Source: Gammaproteobacteria bacterium (lineage in GTDB: Bacteria; Pseudomonadota; Gammaproteobacteria; Steroidobacterales; Foliamicaceae). From it: 64,000 bases of DNA. The stretch is from positions 72,550 to 136,549 of the forward strand of contig VYBN01000033.1 of assembly GCA_009844425.1 (NCBI GenBank), read 5' to 3'. The number at the start of each line of letters is the position of its first letter. Position 1 is the first letter of the stretch. The translations under genes were made by a program, and so were the position numbers. Of this stretch, positions 21,274-33,020 are shown piece by piece. The notes beneath the pieces were generated by a model that was not told the DNA's origin, did no database searches, and was given only the letters and a program-made list of their open reading frames with translations.

Positions 21274-21645
21274 CTGTTACAGCAATTGTTCCTGGCAGCG
21301 CATGTTCTCGTCGCTGCCCTGATTATTGTTTTTGTGCTGCTTCAGCGCGGAAAGGGCGCGGAAACGGGCGCCGCTTTCGGTTCGGGCGCATCCGGAACGG
21401 TGTTCGGCGCGCGCGGTTCGGCGAACTTCCTTTCGCGCGTCACGGCGGTACTCGCCACGCTGTTCTTCGCCACCAGCCTCATCCTCACCGGGGTCGGCAA
21501 GCCCCGGCCCGAGGAGAGCCTTCTCGATACCATCGAGCAGGCTGCGCCGGCCGAAGAGGAGGCCGTCCCCGAGGAGGAGGATGAAGACCTGCCGCAGCTG
21601 CCTTCGCTTCAGCCTGCGGAGCAACCCGACATCCCGCAGGAATGA
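21274..21645 (+). CDS. secG: Preprotein translocase subunit SecG (start CTG 21274 or TTG 21286)
   Basis: VLLQRGKGAETGAAFGSGASGTVFGARGSANFLSR; tpiA-secG-tRNA-Leu-nuo synteny. Confidence 0.95.
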   Translation: MLQQLFLAAHVLVAALIIVFVLLQRGKGAETGAAFGSGASGTVFGARGSANFLSRVTAVLATLFFATSLILTGVGKPRPEESLLDTIEQAAPAEEEAVPEEEDEDLPQLPSLQPAEQPDIPQE

Positions 21646-21663
21646 TGCAGTTTTTCTTTTCGT

Positions 21664-21745
21664 GCCGATGTGGTGGAATTGGTAGACACGCTGTCTTGAG
21701 GGGGCAGTGGCGCAAGCCGTGCCGGTTCGAGTCCGGCCATCGGCA
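21664..21745 (+). tRNA. tRNA-Leu(GAG), CCA end not encoded
   Basis: Acceptor GCCGATG/CATCGGC, D-arm GTGGAATTGGTAGACAC, anticodon arm CTGTC-TTGAGGG-GGCAG, long variable arm, T-arm GCCGG-TTCGAGT-CCGGC. Confidence 0.95.
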
Positions 21746-21784
21746 TATCCACGCGCGGGATTACCGGCGAAAGGCGGGATAGTC

Positions 21785-22141
21785 ATGCCGGCCGATTACC
21801 TTCCGGTGCTGATTTACCTCTGCGTTGCGTTCGGCATCGCGCTGGCGCTGCTCGGCCTGGGTCTGCTGCTGGGTCGCGGGCAGCGGGACGAGGGCAAGCT
21901 GGAGCCGTACGAATGCGGCTTCGACGCGTTCGAGGACTCGCGCATGCGGTTCGACGTGCGCTACTACCTCGTCGCGATCCTGTTCATCATCTTCGATCTC
22001 GAGATCGCCTTCCTGTTTCCCTGGGCCGTGGCGCTGGACGCCATCGGCGAACCGGGTCTGATCGCGATGGGCATCTTCCTTCTGGTGCTTGTGGTGGGCT
22101 TCGTTTACGAGTGGCGCAAGGGGGCCCTGGAATGGGACTAG
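21785..22141 (+). CDS. nuoA: NADH-quinone oxidoreductase subunit A
   Basis: [52 protein letters not shown]. Confidence 0.96.
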   Translation: MPADYLPVLIYLCVAFGIALALLGLGLLLGRGQRDEGKLEPYECGFDAFEDSRMRFDVRYYLVAILFIIFDLEIAFLFPWAVALDAIGEPGLIAMGIFLLVLVVGFVYEWRKGALEWD

Positions 22142-22677
22142 ACCCGCATCCGGAAGCCGTCGGGCCACGGATTGACGGCATGGCCGATACGCTCACGGAG
22201 GCCCGCGAGCAGGGCTTCGTCGTGACTTCGCTGGACAAGCTGCTGAACTGGGCGCGCACCGGGTCCATGTGGCCGATGACTTTCGGCCTGGCCTGCTGCG
22301 CGGTCGAGATGATGCATGCGGGCGCCGCGCGTTACGATCTCGACCGCTTCGGCGTGATGTTCCGGCCCAGTCCCCGGCAATCGGACGTGATGATCGTGGC
22401 CGGAACCCTCTGCAACAAGATGGCGCCTGCCTTGCGCCGCGTCTATGACCAGATGCCGGAGCCGCGCTGGGTGATCTCGATGGGTTCCTGCGCCAATGGC
22501 GGCGGCTATTACCACTACGCCTATTCGGTGGTGCGCGGTTGCGACCGCATCGTGCCGGTGGACGTCTATGTTCCCGGCTGTCCTCCGACGGCCGAGGCGC
22601 TGTTCTACGGCATTCTGCAGTTGCGCAACAAGATTCGCCACAGCAAGGCGCTGGCGCGTCCGCAGCCCACAGCCTGA
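22132..22677 (+). CDS. nuoB: NADH-quinone oxidoreductase subunit B
   Basis: [39 protein letters not shown]. Confidence 0.96.
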   Translation: MGLDPHPEAVGPRIDGMADTLTEAREQGFVVTSLDKLLNWARTGSMWPMTFGLACCAVEMMHAGAARYDLDRFGVMFRPSPRQSDVMIVAGTLCNKMAPALRRVYDQMPEPRWVISMGSCANGGGYYHYAYSVVRGCDRIVPVDVYVPGCPPTAEALFYGILQLRNKIRHSKALARPQPTA

Positions 22678-22689
22678 ACGAGGCGCTTC

Positions 22690-23433
22690 ATGTCCGCCCG
22701 CCTCGAGTCCATGGCCGAAGCCTTGCTTGCGCGCTTCGACGGCGTGCTGCACCGGCGGGAATCCTCCTGCGGCGAATTGAGCTACGACCTCGACGCCGCC
22801 GACCTGCAGGCAACCGCCGTCGCCCTGCGCGACGAGGAGGATTTTTCCTTCGCGACCCTGATCGACGTCTGCGGCGTCGATTACCTGGGCTACGGCCAGG
22901 CCCAGTGGAGGACCGAGGCGGCGACCGAATCCGGCTTCAGCCGGGCCGTCGAGCCGGGCGCCAGCACGACCCGCTCGGCGTCCGAAAGCGAACGCCGGGC
23001 ACAAGAGCAGCCGGCGCGGTTCGCCGCCGTTTATCACCTGCTTTCGCTGCGCCATAACCTGCGCGTCAGGCTGCGGGCCTTCGCCGTGGGGGAGAACCCG
23101 CCGGTCCTGCCGTCGGTGACGGGCGTCTGGCAGGCGGCCGACTGGTTCGAGCGCGAGGCCTTCGACCTGTTCGGCATCGTATTCGAGGGCCATGGGGACC
23201 TGCGCCGCATCCTGACCGATTACGGCTTTATCGGACATCCCTTCCGCAAGGATTTTCCGTTGAGCGGAAAAGTGGAAGTCCGCTACGACGAGGACAAGCG
23301 CCGCGTCGTGTACGAACCGGTCAGCATAGAGCCGAGAACGCTGGTTCCGCGCGTGATCCGGGACGACAACCGGTACCGGCCGGCGCTCAGGGCCGAGCCC
23401 GGCGACGGCGGCGGGCAGGTGGGCGATGGCTGA
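22690..23433 (+). CDS. nuoC: NADH-quinone oxidoreductase subunit C
   Basis: [46 protein letters not shown]. Confidence 0.95.
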   Translation: MSARLESMAEALLARFDGVLHRRESSCGELSYDLDAADLQATAVALRDEEDFSFATLIDVCGVDYLGYGQAQWRTEAATESGFSRAVEPGASTTRSASESERRAQEQPARFAAVYHLLSLRHNLRVRLRAFAVGENPPVLPSVTGVWQAADWFEREAFDLFGIVFEGHGDLRRILTDYGFIGHPFRKDFPLSGKVEVRYDEDKRRVVYEPVSIEPRTLVPRVIRDDNRYRPALRAEPGDGGGQVGDG

Positions 23434-24685
23434 GTTTCAGAGCTACACGATGAACTTCGGCCCCCAGCACCCGGCCGCGCACGGCGTGCTGCGGCTGGTC
23501 CTGGAAATGGACGGCGAGGTCGTGACGCGCGCCGACCCGCACATCGGCCTGCTTCACCGCGCCACCGAGAAACTCGCGGAGTCCAAGCCCTACAACCAGA
23601 GCATCGGTTACATGGACCGTCTTGACTACGTGTCCATGATGGCCAACGAGCATGGCTATGTCCTGGCGATCGAGAAGCTGCTGGGGATCGAACCGCCGCC
23701 GCGGGCCCTCTACATCCGCGTGATGTTCGACGAGATCACCCGGATACTGAATCACCTGTTGTGGCTGGGCTGCCATGGTCTCGACGTGGGCGCCATGACC
23801 ATCTTCCTCTACTGCTTCCGCGAGCGCGAGAACCTGATGGACTGCTACGAGGCGGTATCGGGCACGCGCATGCACGCAACCTACTATCGGCCGGGCGGCG
23901 TTTACCGCGACCTGCCCGAACAGATGCCCAGGCACCTGGCGCAACCCGATGCGAAGCGGGTTTCCGCCCGCGACAAGGCCATGGACGAGGGACGGGACGG
24001 CTCGCTGCTCGATTTCATCGAGCATTTCACCCGGCGTTTTCCCGGCTACGTGGACGAATACGAGACGCTGCTGACCGAAAACCGGATCTGGAAGCAGCGC
24101 ACGGTGGGCATCTCCGTGGTATCCCCCGAAAGGGCCCTGAACCTGGGCTTTACCGGTCCCATGCTGCGCGGCTCGGGCGTGGAGTGGGACCTGCGCAAGA
24201 AGCAGCCGTACGCGGCGTACGCGGACATGGACTTTGACATTCCGGTGGGAGTGAACGGCGATTGCTACGACCGCTATCTGGTGCGGGTCGAGGAATTGCG
24301 GCAGTCCAACCGGATAATCCGGCAATGCGTGGACTGGCTGCGTGCGAACCCCGGGCCGGTCATGGTGGACGACTTCAAACTGGCGCCGCCGAAACGCGAA
24401 GAGATGAAGGAGAAGATGGAATCGCTGATCCATCACTTCAAGCTCTTCACCGAGGGCTACTGCGTGCCGGAAGGCGAGGCATACGCCGCCGTGGAACACC
24501 CCAAGGGCGAGTTCGGCGTCTACCTGGTGTCCGACGGCGCCAACAAACCCTTCCGGGTCAAGATTCGGGCGCCGGGCTTCGCCCATATGGCGGCCATGGA
24601 CGAGATGGTGCGGGGGCACATGCTGGCCGACGTGGTGGCGACCATCGGCACCATGGACGTCGTGTTCGGCGAGATTGACCGGTAG
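23426..24685 (+). CDS. nuoD: NADH-quinone oxidoreductase subunit D
   Basis: [39 protein letters not shown]. Confidence 0.97.
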   Translation: MAEFQSYTMNFGPQHPAAHGVLRLVLEMDGEVVTRADPHIGLLHRATEKLAESKPYNQSIGYMDRLDYVSMMANEHGYVLAIEKLLGIEPPPRALYIRVMFDEITRILNHLLWLGCHGLDVGAMTIFLYCFRERENLMDCYEAVSGTRMHATYYRPGGVYRDLPEQMPRHLAQPDAKRVSARDKAMDEGRDGSLLDFIEHFTRRFPGYVDEYETLLTENRIWKQRTVGISVVSPERALNLGFTGPMLRGSGVEWDLRKKQPYAAYADMDFDIPVGVNGDCYDRYLVRVEELRQSNRIIRQCVDWLRANPGPVMVDDFKLAPPKREEMKEKMESLIHHFKLFTEGYCVPEGEAYAAVEHPKGEFGVYLVSDGANKPFRVKIRAPGFAHMAAMDEMVRGHMLADVVATIGTMDVVFGEIDR

Positions 24686-24693
24686 GAACGGCG

Positions 24694-25185
24694 GTGAGCG
24701 GCAACTCCTCGCTACCCGACGCGGCGCGCGACGCCATCCGCGAGTCGGCCGCCCGGTTCCCGAGCGGGCGCCAGCGCTCCGCGGTTCTGGACGCGCTTCG
24801 CCTTGCCCAGGACGGGAATGGCGGCTGGCTGTCGGTGGAACTGATGGACGCGGTGGCCGAGGAGCTGGCGCTGCCGCCGATCCAGGTCTATGAGGTCGCA
24901 ACCTTCTACTCCATGTTCGAGGTGCGCCCGGTCGGTCGGCATTGCGTGTCCGTGTGCACCAACATTTCCTGCTGGCTTCGCGGCGGCCGGGAGTTGCTGA
25001 AACACCTGGAGAGCCGGCTGGGGATTTCCGCGGGCGAGAGCACCGTCGATGGACGGATTTTTCTCAAGGAAGAGGAAGAGTGTCTGGCGGCCTGCACGGG
25101 CGCGCCGATGATGATGGTGGGCCACCGCTACCACGAGAACGTGACGCCCGACGAGGCCGACCGCATCGTCGAGAGGCTGCGCTGA
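24694..25185 (+). CDS. nuoE: NADH-quinone oxidoreductase subunit E
   Basis: EVATFYSMF, VCTNISCWL, ECLAACTGAP (2Fe-2S ligands). Confidence 0.95.
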   Translation: MSGNSSLPDAARDAIRESAARFPSGRQRSAVLDALRLAQDGNGGWLSVELMDAVAEELALPPIQVYEVATFYSMFEVRPVGRHCVSVCTNISCWLRGGRELLKHLESRLGISAGESTVDGRIFLKEEEECLAACTGAPMMMVGHRYHENVTPDEADRIVERLR

Positions 25186-25190
25186 CGGAC

Positions 25191-26486
25191 ATGGACCTGG
25201 TTCACGTATGCATGCCGCCGCCCGATGCGGAACGGCCCTGGCGGCTGGAGTCCTACGAGGGCCGCGGAGGCTACCGGGTCTGGCGGAAAGTGCTGGCCGG
25301 CGAACTCGACGCCGGACAGGTCCTGGAAACGGTCAAGGCGTCCGGGTTGCGCGGCCGCGGCGGGGCCGGCTTTCCCACCGGGCTGAAATGGAGCTTCATG
25401 CCCAGGGACTGCGAGCAGCCCACCTACCTGGTCTGCAACTCCGACGAGAGCGAGCCCGGAACCTGCCATGACCGGGACATCCTGCGCTACAACCCGCACG
25501 TGCTGATCGAGGGCATGGCGCTGTCCGCCTTTGCGATGGGCGCGACGGTGAGCTACAACTACATTCGCGGCGAGTTCCTGGGCGAGCCGGTGCCGAGGTT
25601 TCTCGACGCGCTGGACGAAGCGCGGGCGGCGGGTCTGATCGGACGCGGCCTGGGCGCCGCCGGGATCGACTTCGAGCTGCATCCCTTCGCGGGCGCGGGC
25701 GCGTATATCTGCGGCGAGGAGACGGGCCTTCTGGAGTCGCTCGAGGGCAAGCCCGGCAAGCCCCGCTTCAAGCCGCCGTTCCCCGCGCAAAGCGGCTTGT
25801 ACGGCCGTCCCACCACGGTCAACAATACCCAGACGCTGGCCTGCGTGCCGGCCATCGTGGAAAAAGGCGCGGAGTGGTTCAAGTCGCTGGGGCCGCCCAA
25901 TTCGGCCGGCACCATGATCTATTCGGTGTCCGGCCACGTGGAGCGGCCCGGCAACTACGAGGCGCCGCTGGGCGTTTCCTTCAACGATCTGCTGGAGCAT
26001 GCCGGCGGGGTCTGGAAGGGCCGCAAGCTGAAGGCCGTGATACCCGGCGGGTCTTCGGTCCCGGTGCTGCCGGCGGCAATCATCAGGGAATGCACGATGG
26101 ATTACGACTCGCTCAGCGAGGCGGGTTCGGCGCTGGGGACCGGGGCGATGATCGTGATGGACGACCGAACCTGCATGGTGAGCGTGCTCCGGCGCATCGC
26201 ACGCTTCTACTACGCCGAGTCGTGCGGCCAGTGCACGCCCTGCCGCGAAGGCACCGGGTGGCTGTACCGGATGCTGACGCGCATGCTTGAGGGCCGGGCC
26301 CGCGTATCGGACCTGGACCTGCTGCTGAGCGTCGCCAACAACATCGAGGGCCACACGATCTGCGCCCTTGGAGATGCGGCGGCGTGGCCCGTACAGAGCT
26401 TCCTGAAGCATTTCCGCGGTGAATTCGAGGAGAAGATCCGGAGTTCCCGGGCCTTCGCCCGTCAGCGGGAGGCGGCCTATGCCTGA
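25191..26486 (+). CDS. nuoF: NADH-quinone oxidoreductase subunit F
   Basis: SGLRGRGGAGFPTGLKWSF, NSDESEPGT, GAYICGEET, ESCGQCTPCREG, TICALGD. Confidence 0.97.
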   Translation: MDLVHVCMPPPDAERPWRLESYEGRGGYRVWRKVLAGELDAGQVLETVKASGLRGRGGAGFPTGLKWSFMPRDCEQPTYLVCNSDESEPGTCHDRDILRYNPHVLIEGMALSAFAMGATVSYNYIRGEFLGEPVPRFLDALDEARAAGLIGRGLGAAGIDFELHPFAGAGAYICGEETGLLESLEGKPGKPRFKPPFPAQSGLYGRPTTVNNTQTLACVPAIVEKGAEWFKSLGPPNSAGTMIYSVSGHVERPGNYEAPLGVSFNDLLEHAGGVWKGRKLKAVIPGGSSVPVLPAAIIRECTMDYDSLSEAGSALGTGAMIVMDDRTCMVSVLRRIARFYYAESCGQCTPCREGTGWLYRMLTRMLEGRARVSDLDLLLSVANNIEGHTICALGDAAAWPVQSFLKHFRGEFEEKIRSSRAFARQREAAYA

Positions 26487-28545
26487 CCATAGCGTTCGCC
26501 TTACCGTGAACGGCCGGGAACTCGAGGCCGCGGCCGGCGAGATGCTGATCGCGGTCACCGACCGGGCCGGTATTTACGTGCCCCGTTTCTGCTATCACCC
26601 CAAGCTGAGCGTCGCGGCCAATTGCCGCATGTGCCTGGTGGACGTGGCCGGCCTTCCTAAGCCCATGCCCGCCTGCGCCCTGCCGGTCACCGACGGCCTT
26701 GAGGTCGAAACGCGGTCCGACCGGGCGATAGCGGCCCAGCGGGCGACGATGGAGTTTCTGCTGATCAACCATCCGCTCGATTGCCCGGTCTGCGACCAGG
26801 GAGGGGAGTGCGAGCTTCAGGACCTGGCGATGGGGTTCGGCCGCGATATCTCGCGCTTTTCGGAAGGAAAGCGGGCGGTGCCCGATCCCGACCTGGGCCC
26901 GCTGGTGTCCACCGACATGACCCGCTGCATCCATTGCACGCGCTGCATACGCTTCGGCGAGGAGGTTGCCGGCGTGCAGGAGCTCGGCGCGACCGGCCGC
27001 AGCGAGCACATGGAGATCACTACCCACGTCGAGCGGTCGCTTAAGCACGAACTGTCCGGCAACGTCATCGACGTGTGTCCGGTCGGGGCCCTGAACAACA
27101 AGCCCTACCGCTTCACCGCCCGCGCCTGGGAAATGAGCGCCCACGCGACGGTGGCGCCGCATGACTGCGTGGGCTCGGCACTCTATGCGCACGTCCTGCG
27201 CGGGCGCGTGCGGCGCATCGTGCCGCGCGAGAACGAAGCGGTGAACGAGACCTGGATTTCGGACCGCGACCGCTTCAGTTGCGAGGGCCTGTACGTGGAG
27301 GACCGGCTTCACAAGCCGCTGGTGCGCCGCGATGGGCGGCTGATCGAGGCCGGCTGGGACGAGGCGCTGGAAGCCGCTGCGGCGGGCCTGATGCGCGCGG
27401 CGGAGGAGCAGGGCGGCGAGGGGCTCGGGGCGCTGGTGTCACCTTCGGCGACGGCCGAGGAAGGCTACCTCCTGAGAAAACTGATGAGCGCGCTGGGATC
27501 GGCCAACATCGATTACAGGCTCAGGCAACGCGACTTTCGAAGCGCGGCGCGCGCCGGGGAGGCGCCGTGGCTGGGTACCCGGTTCGGCGACGTGGAGTCG
27601 CTGGACTCCCTGCTGCTGGTGGGCTGCGATCTGCGCAGCGAAGCGCCCATCCTCGCCCATCGGGTCCGCAAGGCGGCCATGGCCGGCGCCCGGGTCAGCT
27701 ACCTGGACCTGGCCGAGCGGGAATACCTGCACCCGATCGGCAGCAGGAGCGTGCAGCCGCCCCGGGACTGGGCCCGGGCTCTGGGGCCGATGGCCGATCG
27801 CGCGCTTCAGGGAAAGAGCCGCGCATTGTGGCTGGGGGGACTCGCCGTCCGCCACCCGGCCTACGCCGAATTGCTCGAAGCGGCCGCCGAGGCGGCCGGC
27901 GGCGCCGCGCTCGGTCACGTGACGCAAGGCGGAAACGCCGCCGGCCTGCATCTTGCCGGCGTCATCCCCGGCGAGGCCAACGGAAAGGGAGCTGCCGGGC
28001 TCAACGCGAACCAGATGAGCAGTACGTCCCTGCCGGGAATGGTCCTGATGGGCGTCGAGCCGGATCTCGATTGCGCTGCGGGCGCCCACGAAGCGATTCG
28101 CGATGCGGGCTTCCTGCTTGCGCTGAATCCCTGGGTTTCGCCCTGGCTGCTCCGCCATGCCGATGTACTCCTGCCCACCGGGGCTTGCCTGGAGACGCCG
28201 GGGACCCTGGTGAACGGGCAGATGGACTGGCAGAGTTTCGCCGCCGCCGCACCGCCCCCGGGTATGGCGCGGCCGGCCTGGAAAGTGCTGCGCGCGCTGG
28301 CGGACCGTTTGAGTCTTGACGGCTTCGGCTATTCGGGCACGGACCAGGTCCTGGCGGAAATCAGACAGCGTATCGAAAGCCCGGCTGCTTCCTCGGCGTC
28401 AACTTCGGACGGCGCCGCGATCGACTCCAAGCCTCTCGACGACGAAGAATTCGCCGGGCTGGAACTGCCCATGTATTCGGTCGACGGACTGGTGCGGCGG
28501 TCCGCGCCCCTGCAGCAGGCGGCCGCGGTGCAAAGGGCTGCCTGA
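26479..28545 (+). CDS. nuoG: NADH-quinone oxidoreductase subunit G (688 aa)
   Basis: PRFCYHPKLSVAANCRMC, NHPLDCPVCDQGGEC, RCIHCTRCIRF, DVCPVGAL. Confidence 0.95.
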   Translation: MPDHSVRLTVNGRELEAAAGEMLIAVTDRAGIYVPRFCYHPKLSVAANCRMCLVDVAGLPKPMPACALPVTDGLEVETRSDRAIAAQRATMEFLLINHPLDCPVCDQGGECELQDLAMGFGRDISRFSEGKRAVPDPDLGPLVSTDMTRCIHCTRCIRFGEEVAGVQELGATGRSEHMEITTHVERSLKHELSGNVIDVCPVGALNNKPYRFTARAWEMSAHATVAPHDCVGSALYAHVLRGRVRRIVPRENEAVNETWISDRDRFSCEGLYVEDRLHKPLVRRDGRLIEAGWDEALEAAAAGLMRAAEEQGGEGLGALVSPSATAEEGYLLRKLMSALGSANIDYRLRQRDFRSAARAGEAPWLGTRFGDVESLDSLLLVGCDLRSEAPILAHRVRKAAMAGARVSYLDLAEREYLHPIGSRSVQPPRDWARALGPMADRALQGKSRALWLGGLAVRHPAYAELLEAAAEAAGGAALGHVTQGGNAAGLHLAGVIPGEANGKGAAGLNANQMSSTSLPGMVLMGVEPDLDCAAGAHEAIRDAGFLLALNPWVSPWLLRHADVLLPTGACLETPGTLVNGQMDWQSFAAAAPPPGMARPAWKVLRALADRLSLDGFGYSGTDQVLAEIRQRIESPAASSASTSDGAAIDSKPLDDEEFAGLELPMYSVDGLVRRSAPLQQAAAVQRAA

Positions 28546-28554
28546 AGCCGACCC

Positions 28555-29619
28555 ATGGCCGAACTGCTCGCCAACTGGCTGGATTTCCTGCCCCCCGAGG
28601 CGGCCGGTGCGCTGGTCGACCTGGTGGCGATTCTCGCGGTCACGATAGTGGTGATCCTCTGCGTGGCCTACACCACCTATCTGGAACGCAAGGTGATCGG
28701 CTTCATGCAACTGCGGCAGGGCCCGAACCGGGTGGGCTTCCGCGGACTTCTGCAGCCGTTCGCCGACGTGCTGAAGCTGCTGGTGAAGGAAATCGTGATT
28801 CCCGGCCGCGCCAACCGCTGGCTGTTCCTCACCGCTCCGGTGCTGGCGCTGGTTCCGGCGCTTGCGGCCTGGGCCGTGGTGCCCCTGTTCCCCGGCTTCG
28901 CCGTGGCGGACCTGAACGCCGGCCTGCTCTACCTGCTGGCCATGACCTCGCTGGGCATCTACGGAATCATCCTGGCCGGCTGGGCCAGCAACTCCAAGTA
29001 CGCGCTGCTGGGGGCGATGCGCTCGGCGGCGCAGATGGTCGCCTACGAAATCGCCATGGGGTTCGCACTGGTGGGCGTGCTGATGGCGGCCGGCAGCCTG
29101 AACCTCGGGGCGATCGTGGAGAAACAGGCAGGGGGAGTGGCCAACTGGTTCATTCTTCCCCTCCTGCCCCTGTTCCTCGTGTATTTCATCTCCGGCATAG
29201 CCGAGACCAACCGGGCGCCGTTCGACGTGGCCGAGGGCGAGTCGGAAATTGTGGCCGGATTCCATGTGGAATACGGCGGCGCCACCTTCGCGATGTTCTT
29301 CCTGGCCGAATACGCCAACATGATTCTGATCGCGACGCTCACCGCCGTGCTGTTCCTCGGCGGCTGGGACTCGCCGTTTGCGGGCCTCATCGACAGGCAA
29401 TGGCCGGTGGTGGGAATACTCGCGGCCCCCGGCCTGTTCTGGCTGGCCGCCAAGACGTTCCTGTTCCTGTTCGTCTTCCTGTGGTTGCGCGCGACCTTCC
29501 CCCGTTACCGCTACGACCAGATCATGCGTCTCGGCTGGAAAGTGTTCATTCCGGTGACGCTGGTGTGGATCGGCGTGGAGGCCGTGTTGTCCGTGCTTGA
29601 TATTGGGCCGTTCAAATGA
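28555..29619 (+). CDS. nuoH: NADH-quinone oxidoreductase subunit H
   Basis: [41 protein letters not shown]. Confidence 0.97.
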   Translation: MAELLANWLDFLPPEAAGALVDLVAILAVTIVVILCVAYTTYLERKVIGFMQLRQGPNRVGFRGLLQPFADVLKLLVKEIVIPGRANRWLFLTAPVLALVPALAAWAVVPLFPGFAVADLNAGLLYLLAMTSLGIYGIILAGWASNSKYALLGAMRSAAQMVAYEIAMGFALVGVLMAAGSLNLGAIVEKQAGGVANWFILPLLPLFLVYFISGIAETNRAPFDVAEGESEIVAGFHVEYGGATFAMFFLAEYANMILIATLTAVLFLGGWDSPFAGLIDRQWPVVGILAAPGLFWLAAKTFLFLFVFLWLRATFPRYRYDQIMRLGWKVFIPVTLVWIGVEAVLSVLDIGPFK

Positions 29620-30149
29620 ATGATTCCGAAAAAAGGCCCGCGGCCGGCAAGCCCGGCCCCGGCGATCGCATCCGGGCGGTTTTCCGCACTTTCGCTCTCT
29701 GGGAGCTGTTGCGGGGGCTGCGCGTAACCCTCACCAACTTCTTCAGGCGCAAGGTCACGCTCCGGTATCCGGAGGAGAAGGCCCCGCAGTCGCCGCGATT
29801 TCGGGGTCTGCACGCCTTGCGCCGCTACGCCAATGGCGAGGAGCGCTGCATCGCCTGCAAGCTGTGCGAGGCAGTCTGTCCGGCGCTGGCGATCACGATC
29901 GAGTCCGAAGTGCGCGAGGACGGCACCCGCCGGGCGAGCCGCTACGACATCGACCTTTTCAAGTGCGTGTACTGCGGGTTCTGCGAGGAAGCCTGTCCGG
30001 TGGACGCGATCGTGGAGACCCGGATTCACGAGTACCACATGGAGCACAGGGGCGAGAACATCCTGACCCGGGAAAGGCTGCTTGAAATAGGCGATCTGTA
30101 CGAGGAACAGATCGCAGCCGATCGCAGCGCCGACGCCTCCTACCGCTGA
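29616..30149 (+). CDS. nuoI: NADH-quinone oxidoreductase subunit I
   Basis: [12 protein letters not shown] and [12 protein letters not shown] ferredoxin motifs. Confidence 0.97.
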   Translation: MNDSEKRPAAGKPGPGDRIRAVFRTFALWELLRGLRVTLTNFFRRKVTLRYPEEKAPQSPRFRGLHALRRYANGEERCIACKLCEAVCPALAITIESEVREDGTRRASRYDIDLFKCVYCGFCEEACPVDAIVETRIHEYHMEHRGENILTRERLLEIGDLYEEQIAADRSADASYR

Positions 30150-30160
30150 ACCGCTTCTCG

Positions 30161-30781
30161 ATGCAGCAGATTCCGGAAATTTTCCCGCTCATACTCTTTT
30201 ACGGCTGGTCGGGCATGCTGATCGCGGCCGCCGTGGGGGTGATCACGGCGCGCAATCCGGTTCATTCGGTGCTGCTCCTGGTGCTGTGTTTCGTCATCTC
30301 GGCCGCCATCTGGCTGCTGCTGCGCGCCGAGTTCCTGGCCGTGGCCCTGGTGCTGGTTTACGTCGGCGCGGTCATGGTTCTGTTGCTGTTCGTCGTGATG
30401 ATGCTGGACATCAACGTCGAGCGCATGCGCGAAGGGCTGACGCGCTATGCCCCCCTGGGCGTGCTGGTCGGCCTGCTGCTGGCCGCGCAGCTTTCGTCGG
30501 TCTGGTGGCTGCGGCGGTCCGGGCTGGAAGTCGCCGCGCCCGCCGATTCGCTGGCTTTCGAGGAGGGCAACACGCAGGCGCTGGGCACGCTGCTGTATAC
30601 CGAGCACCTGTATGCGTTCGAGATAGCCGGCTATATCCTGCTGCTGGCCATTATCGGAGCGATTACGCTCACGCTGCGCCGCCGCAAGGGCCTGCGCGTG
30701 CAGCAGGTGTCCGAACAGGTCGCCGTCCGGCCGGAAAGCCGGGTCCGGCTGGTCAGGATGCCCGCGGAGAAGGACCAGTGA
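30161..30781 (+). CDS. nuoJ: NADH-quinone oxidoreductase subunit J
   Basis: [44 protein letters not shown]. Confidence 0.95.
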   Translation: MQQIPEIFPLILFYGWSGMLIAAAVGVITARNPVHSVLLLVLCFVISAAIWLLLRAEFLAVALVLVYVGAVMVLLLFVVMMLDINVERMREGLTRYAPLGVLVGLLLAAQLSSVWWLRRSGLEVAAPADSLAFEEGNTQALGTLLYTEHLYAFEIAGYILLLAIIGAITLTLRRRKGLRVQQVSEQVAVRPESRVRLVRMPAEKDQ

Positions 30782-31083
30782 TCGGGCTGGCCCACCTGCT
30801 GACCCTGAGCACGATCCTGTTCGCGATCGCCGTGTGCGGCATTTTCATCAACCGCCGCAGCGTGATCCTGCTTCTGATGTGCGTGGAACTGTTGCTGCTT
30901 GCGGTCAATTTCAATTTCATCGCGTTTGCGTACTACCTCGGCGACCTGGCCGGGCAGGTGTTCGTGTTCTTCATCCTGACCGTGGCCGCGGCGGAGGCGG
31001 CGATAGGCCTGGCGATCCTCGTCGTGCTGTTCCGCAACCGGCTCAGCGTGAACGTGGAAGAGTTCAGCTTGCTCAAGGGATGA
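30778..31083 (+). CDS. nuoK: NADH-quinone oxidoreductase subunit K
   Basis: [38 protein letters not shown] start overlapping nuoJ stop. Confidence 0.95.
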   Translation: MIGLAHLLTLSTILFAIAVCGIFINRRSVILLLMCVELLLLAVNFNFIAFAYYLGDLAGQVFVFFILTVAAAEAAIGLAILVVLFRNRLSVNVEEFSLLKG

Positions 31084-33020
31084 TGTACGAAGCAATCCTG
31101 TTTGCGCCGCTGTGCGCGGCGGCGCTGGTGGCGCTGGGCGCCAGGGTCCTTCCGCGCTATGTGGTTCACGGCCTGCCCATCCTTGCCGTCGGACTGTCCG
31201 CCGTCCTGTCGATCCGGGCTCTGCTGGAGCAGCTCGGCAGCGAACCGGTTACGGTAAAGCTGCTGGACTGGCTCAGCATCGGCGGGTTCGAACTGAGCTT
31301 CGGCCTGCTGATCGACCGCCTGACCGCCCTGATGGCCTGCGTTGTCACCTGGGTCTCGCTGGCGGTGCACGTGTACACGGTCGGCTACATGCGGGACGAT
31401 CCCGGCTACGCGCGCTTCTTCGCCCTGATCGCCTTCTTCACCTCGGCCATGCTGCTGCTGGTGATGGCCGACAACTTCATGCAGCTGTTCGTGGGCTGGG
31501 AAGCCGTCGGGCTGGCCTCGTACCTGTTGATCGGCTTCTGGTTCAAGCGGCCGTCGGCGAATTTCGCCAGCCTGAAGGCCTTCCTGGTGAACCGCATCGG
31601 CGACCTGGGACTGCTGCTGGGCATCGCCCTGATCGGCGGGGCCGCGGGCTCGCTGGATTACGCCGTGGTTTTTTCCGGCGCCCCCGGCCTGGCGGAACAG
31701 CAAATCACCGTCTGGCCCGGAGTGAGCCTGCCGGCGCTGGACCTGGGCTGCGTGCTGCTGTTCGTGGGCGCGATGGGCAAATCGGCGCAGATGCCACTGC
31801 ATATCTGGCTGCCGGACTCGATGGAGGGCCCCACCCCCATTTCGGCCCTGATCCACGCCGCGACCATGGTCACGGCGGGCGTCTTCATGGTGGCGCGCAT
31901 GTCGCCCCTGTTCGAACACAGCCCGTTCGCGCTTTCCCTGGTGCTGGCGGTGGGCGCGACCACCGCGCTGGCCACGGGCCTTGTCGCGATCGTGCAGCAG
32001 GACATCAAGCGCATCGTCGCCTGGTCCACGCTGTCCCAGCTCGGCTACATGATGGCCGGCATCGGCGTTTCGGCCTATTCGGTGGCCATCTACCACCTGT
32101 TCACCCACGCGTTCTTCAAGGCGCTGCTGTTCCTGGCCGCGGGCGCGGTCATTGTCGCCCTGCATCACGAGCAGGACATCCGGCGCATGGGCGGCCTCTA
32201 TCGCAGGATGCCGATCACCTACGCAACCGCCCTGATCGGGACCCTGGCGCTGGCCGGCATACCGGGGACCGCCGGTTTCTTTTCCAAGGACGCGCTGATC
32301 TCGGCCGTGACCCAGTCCTCCGGTCCGGTCAGCGCATACGCCGGCTGGTGCCTGCTGGCCGGGGTGGCGGTTACCGCGTTTTACAGCGCCCGATTCCTGC
32401 TTGTGGTGTTTCACGGCCGCGAGACCGAGGCCGCTTCCCATATGACGGAACGGGAGCCGCGCGGCCGGTGGATGCTGGGCCCGCTGGTGTTCCTGGCGGT
32501 TCCCTCGCTATTGATCGGCTGGTTCACGTTTCAACCGGTGGTCCTGGGCGGGTATTTCGCCGGGTCCCTGGTCAACCTTGCGGAAAGCGGTTCCGGCGCC
32601 CCGGACCTGGGCGCGGGCACGCTCGACTTCTTCGTCCACGGCCTGTATTCGCCGGTCTTCCTGCTGGCGGTGCTGGGCGGACTGTCGGCCTGGGCCCTGT
32701 ACGAATGGAAACCTCGCTGGCGGAGCCGGACCGTACCGGCGCTGCGCGTTCCGAAGCGTCTGCTGGAACTGGGTTATGGATTCGATCCGCTGCTTGAGCG
32801 GGCCGTTATCCCCGGCGCACAGGGGCTGGCCAGGGGCGCCGCCGAGCAGGCCGACGCTCGCTTTATCGACGGCCTGCTCGTCAACGGGCTGGCGCGGACG
32901 ATTCGCTGGGGATCGGGCGTCATGCGGCGCCTGCAGACCGGCCTCCTTTATCACTATGCCTTCGTCATGGTCACGGCCATCTGCCTGTTGATCGCCTGGG
33001 TCATCCTGGTGCTGGACTGA
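31080..33020 (+). CDS. nuoL: NADH-quinone oxidoreductase subunit L
   Basis: [68 protein letters not shown]. Confidence 0.96.
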   Translation: MMYEAILFAPLCAAALVALGARVLPRYVVHGLPILAVGLSAVLSIRALLEQLGSEPVTVKLLDWLSIGGFELSFGLLIDRLTALMACVVTWVSLAVHVYTVGYMRDDPGYARFFALIAFFTSAMLLLVMADNFMQLFVGWEAVGLASYLLIGFWFKRPSANFASLKAFLVNRIGDLGLLLGIALIGGAAGSLDYAVVFSGAPGLAEQQITVWPGVSLPALDLGCVLLFVGAMGKSAQMPLHIWLPDSMEGPTPISALIHAATMVTAGVFMVARMSPLFEHSPFALSLVLAVGATTALATGLVAIVQQDIKRIVAWSTLSQLGYMMAGIGVSAYSVAIYHLFTHAFFKALLFLAAGAVIVALHHEQDIRRMGGLYRRMPITYATALIGTLALAGIPGTAGFFSKDALISAVTQSSGPVSAYAGWCLLAGVAVTAFYSARFLLVVFHGRETEAASHMTEREPRGRWMLGPLVFLAVPSLLIGWFTFQPVVLGGYFAGSLVNLAESGSGAPDLGAGTLDFFVHGLYSPVFLLAVLGGLSAWALYEWKPRWRSRTVPALRVPKRLLELGYGFDPLLERAVIPGAQGLARGAAEQADARFIDGLLVNGLARTIRWGSGVMRRLQTGLLYHYAFVMVTAICLLIAWVILVLD

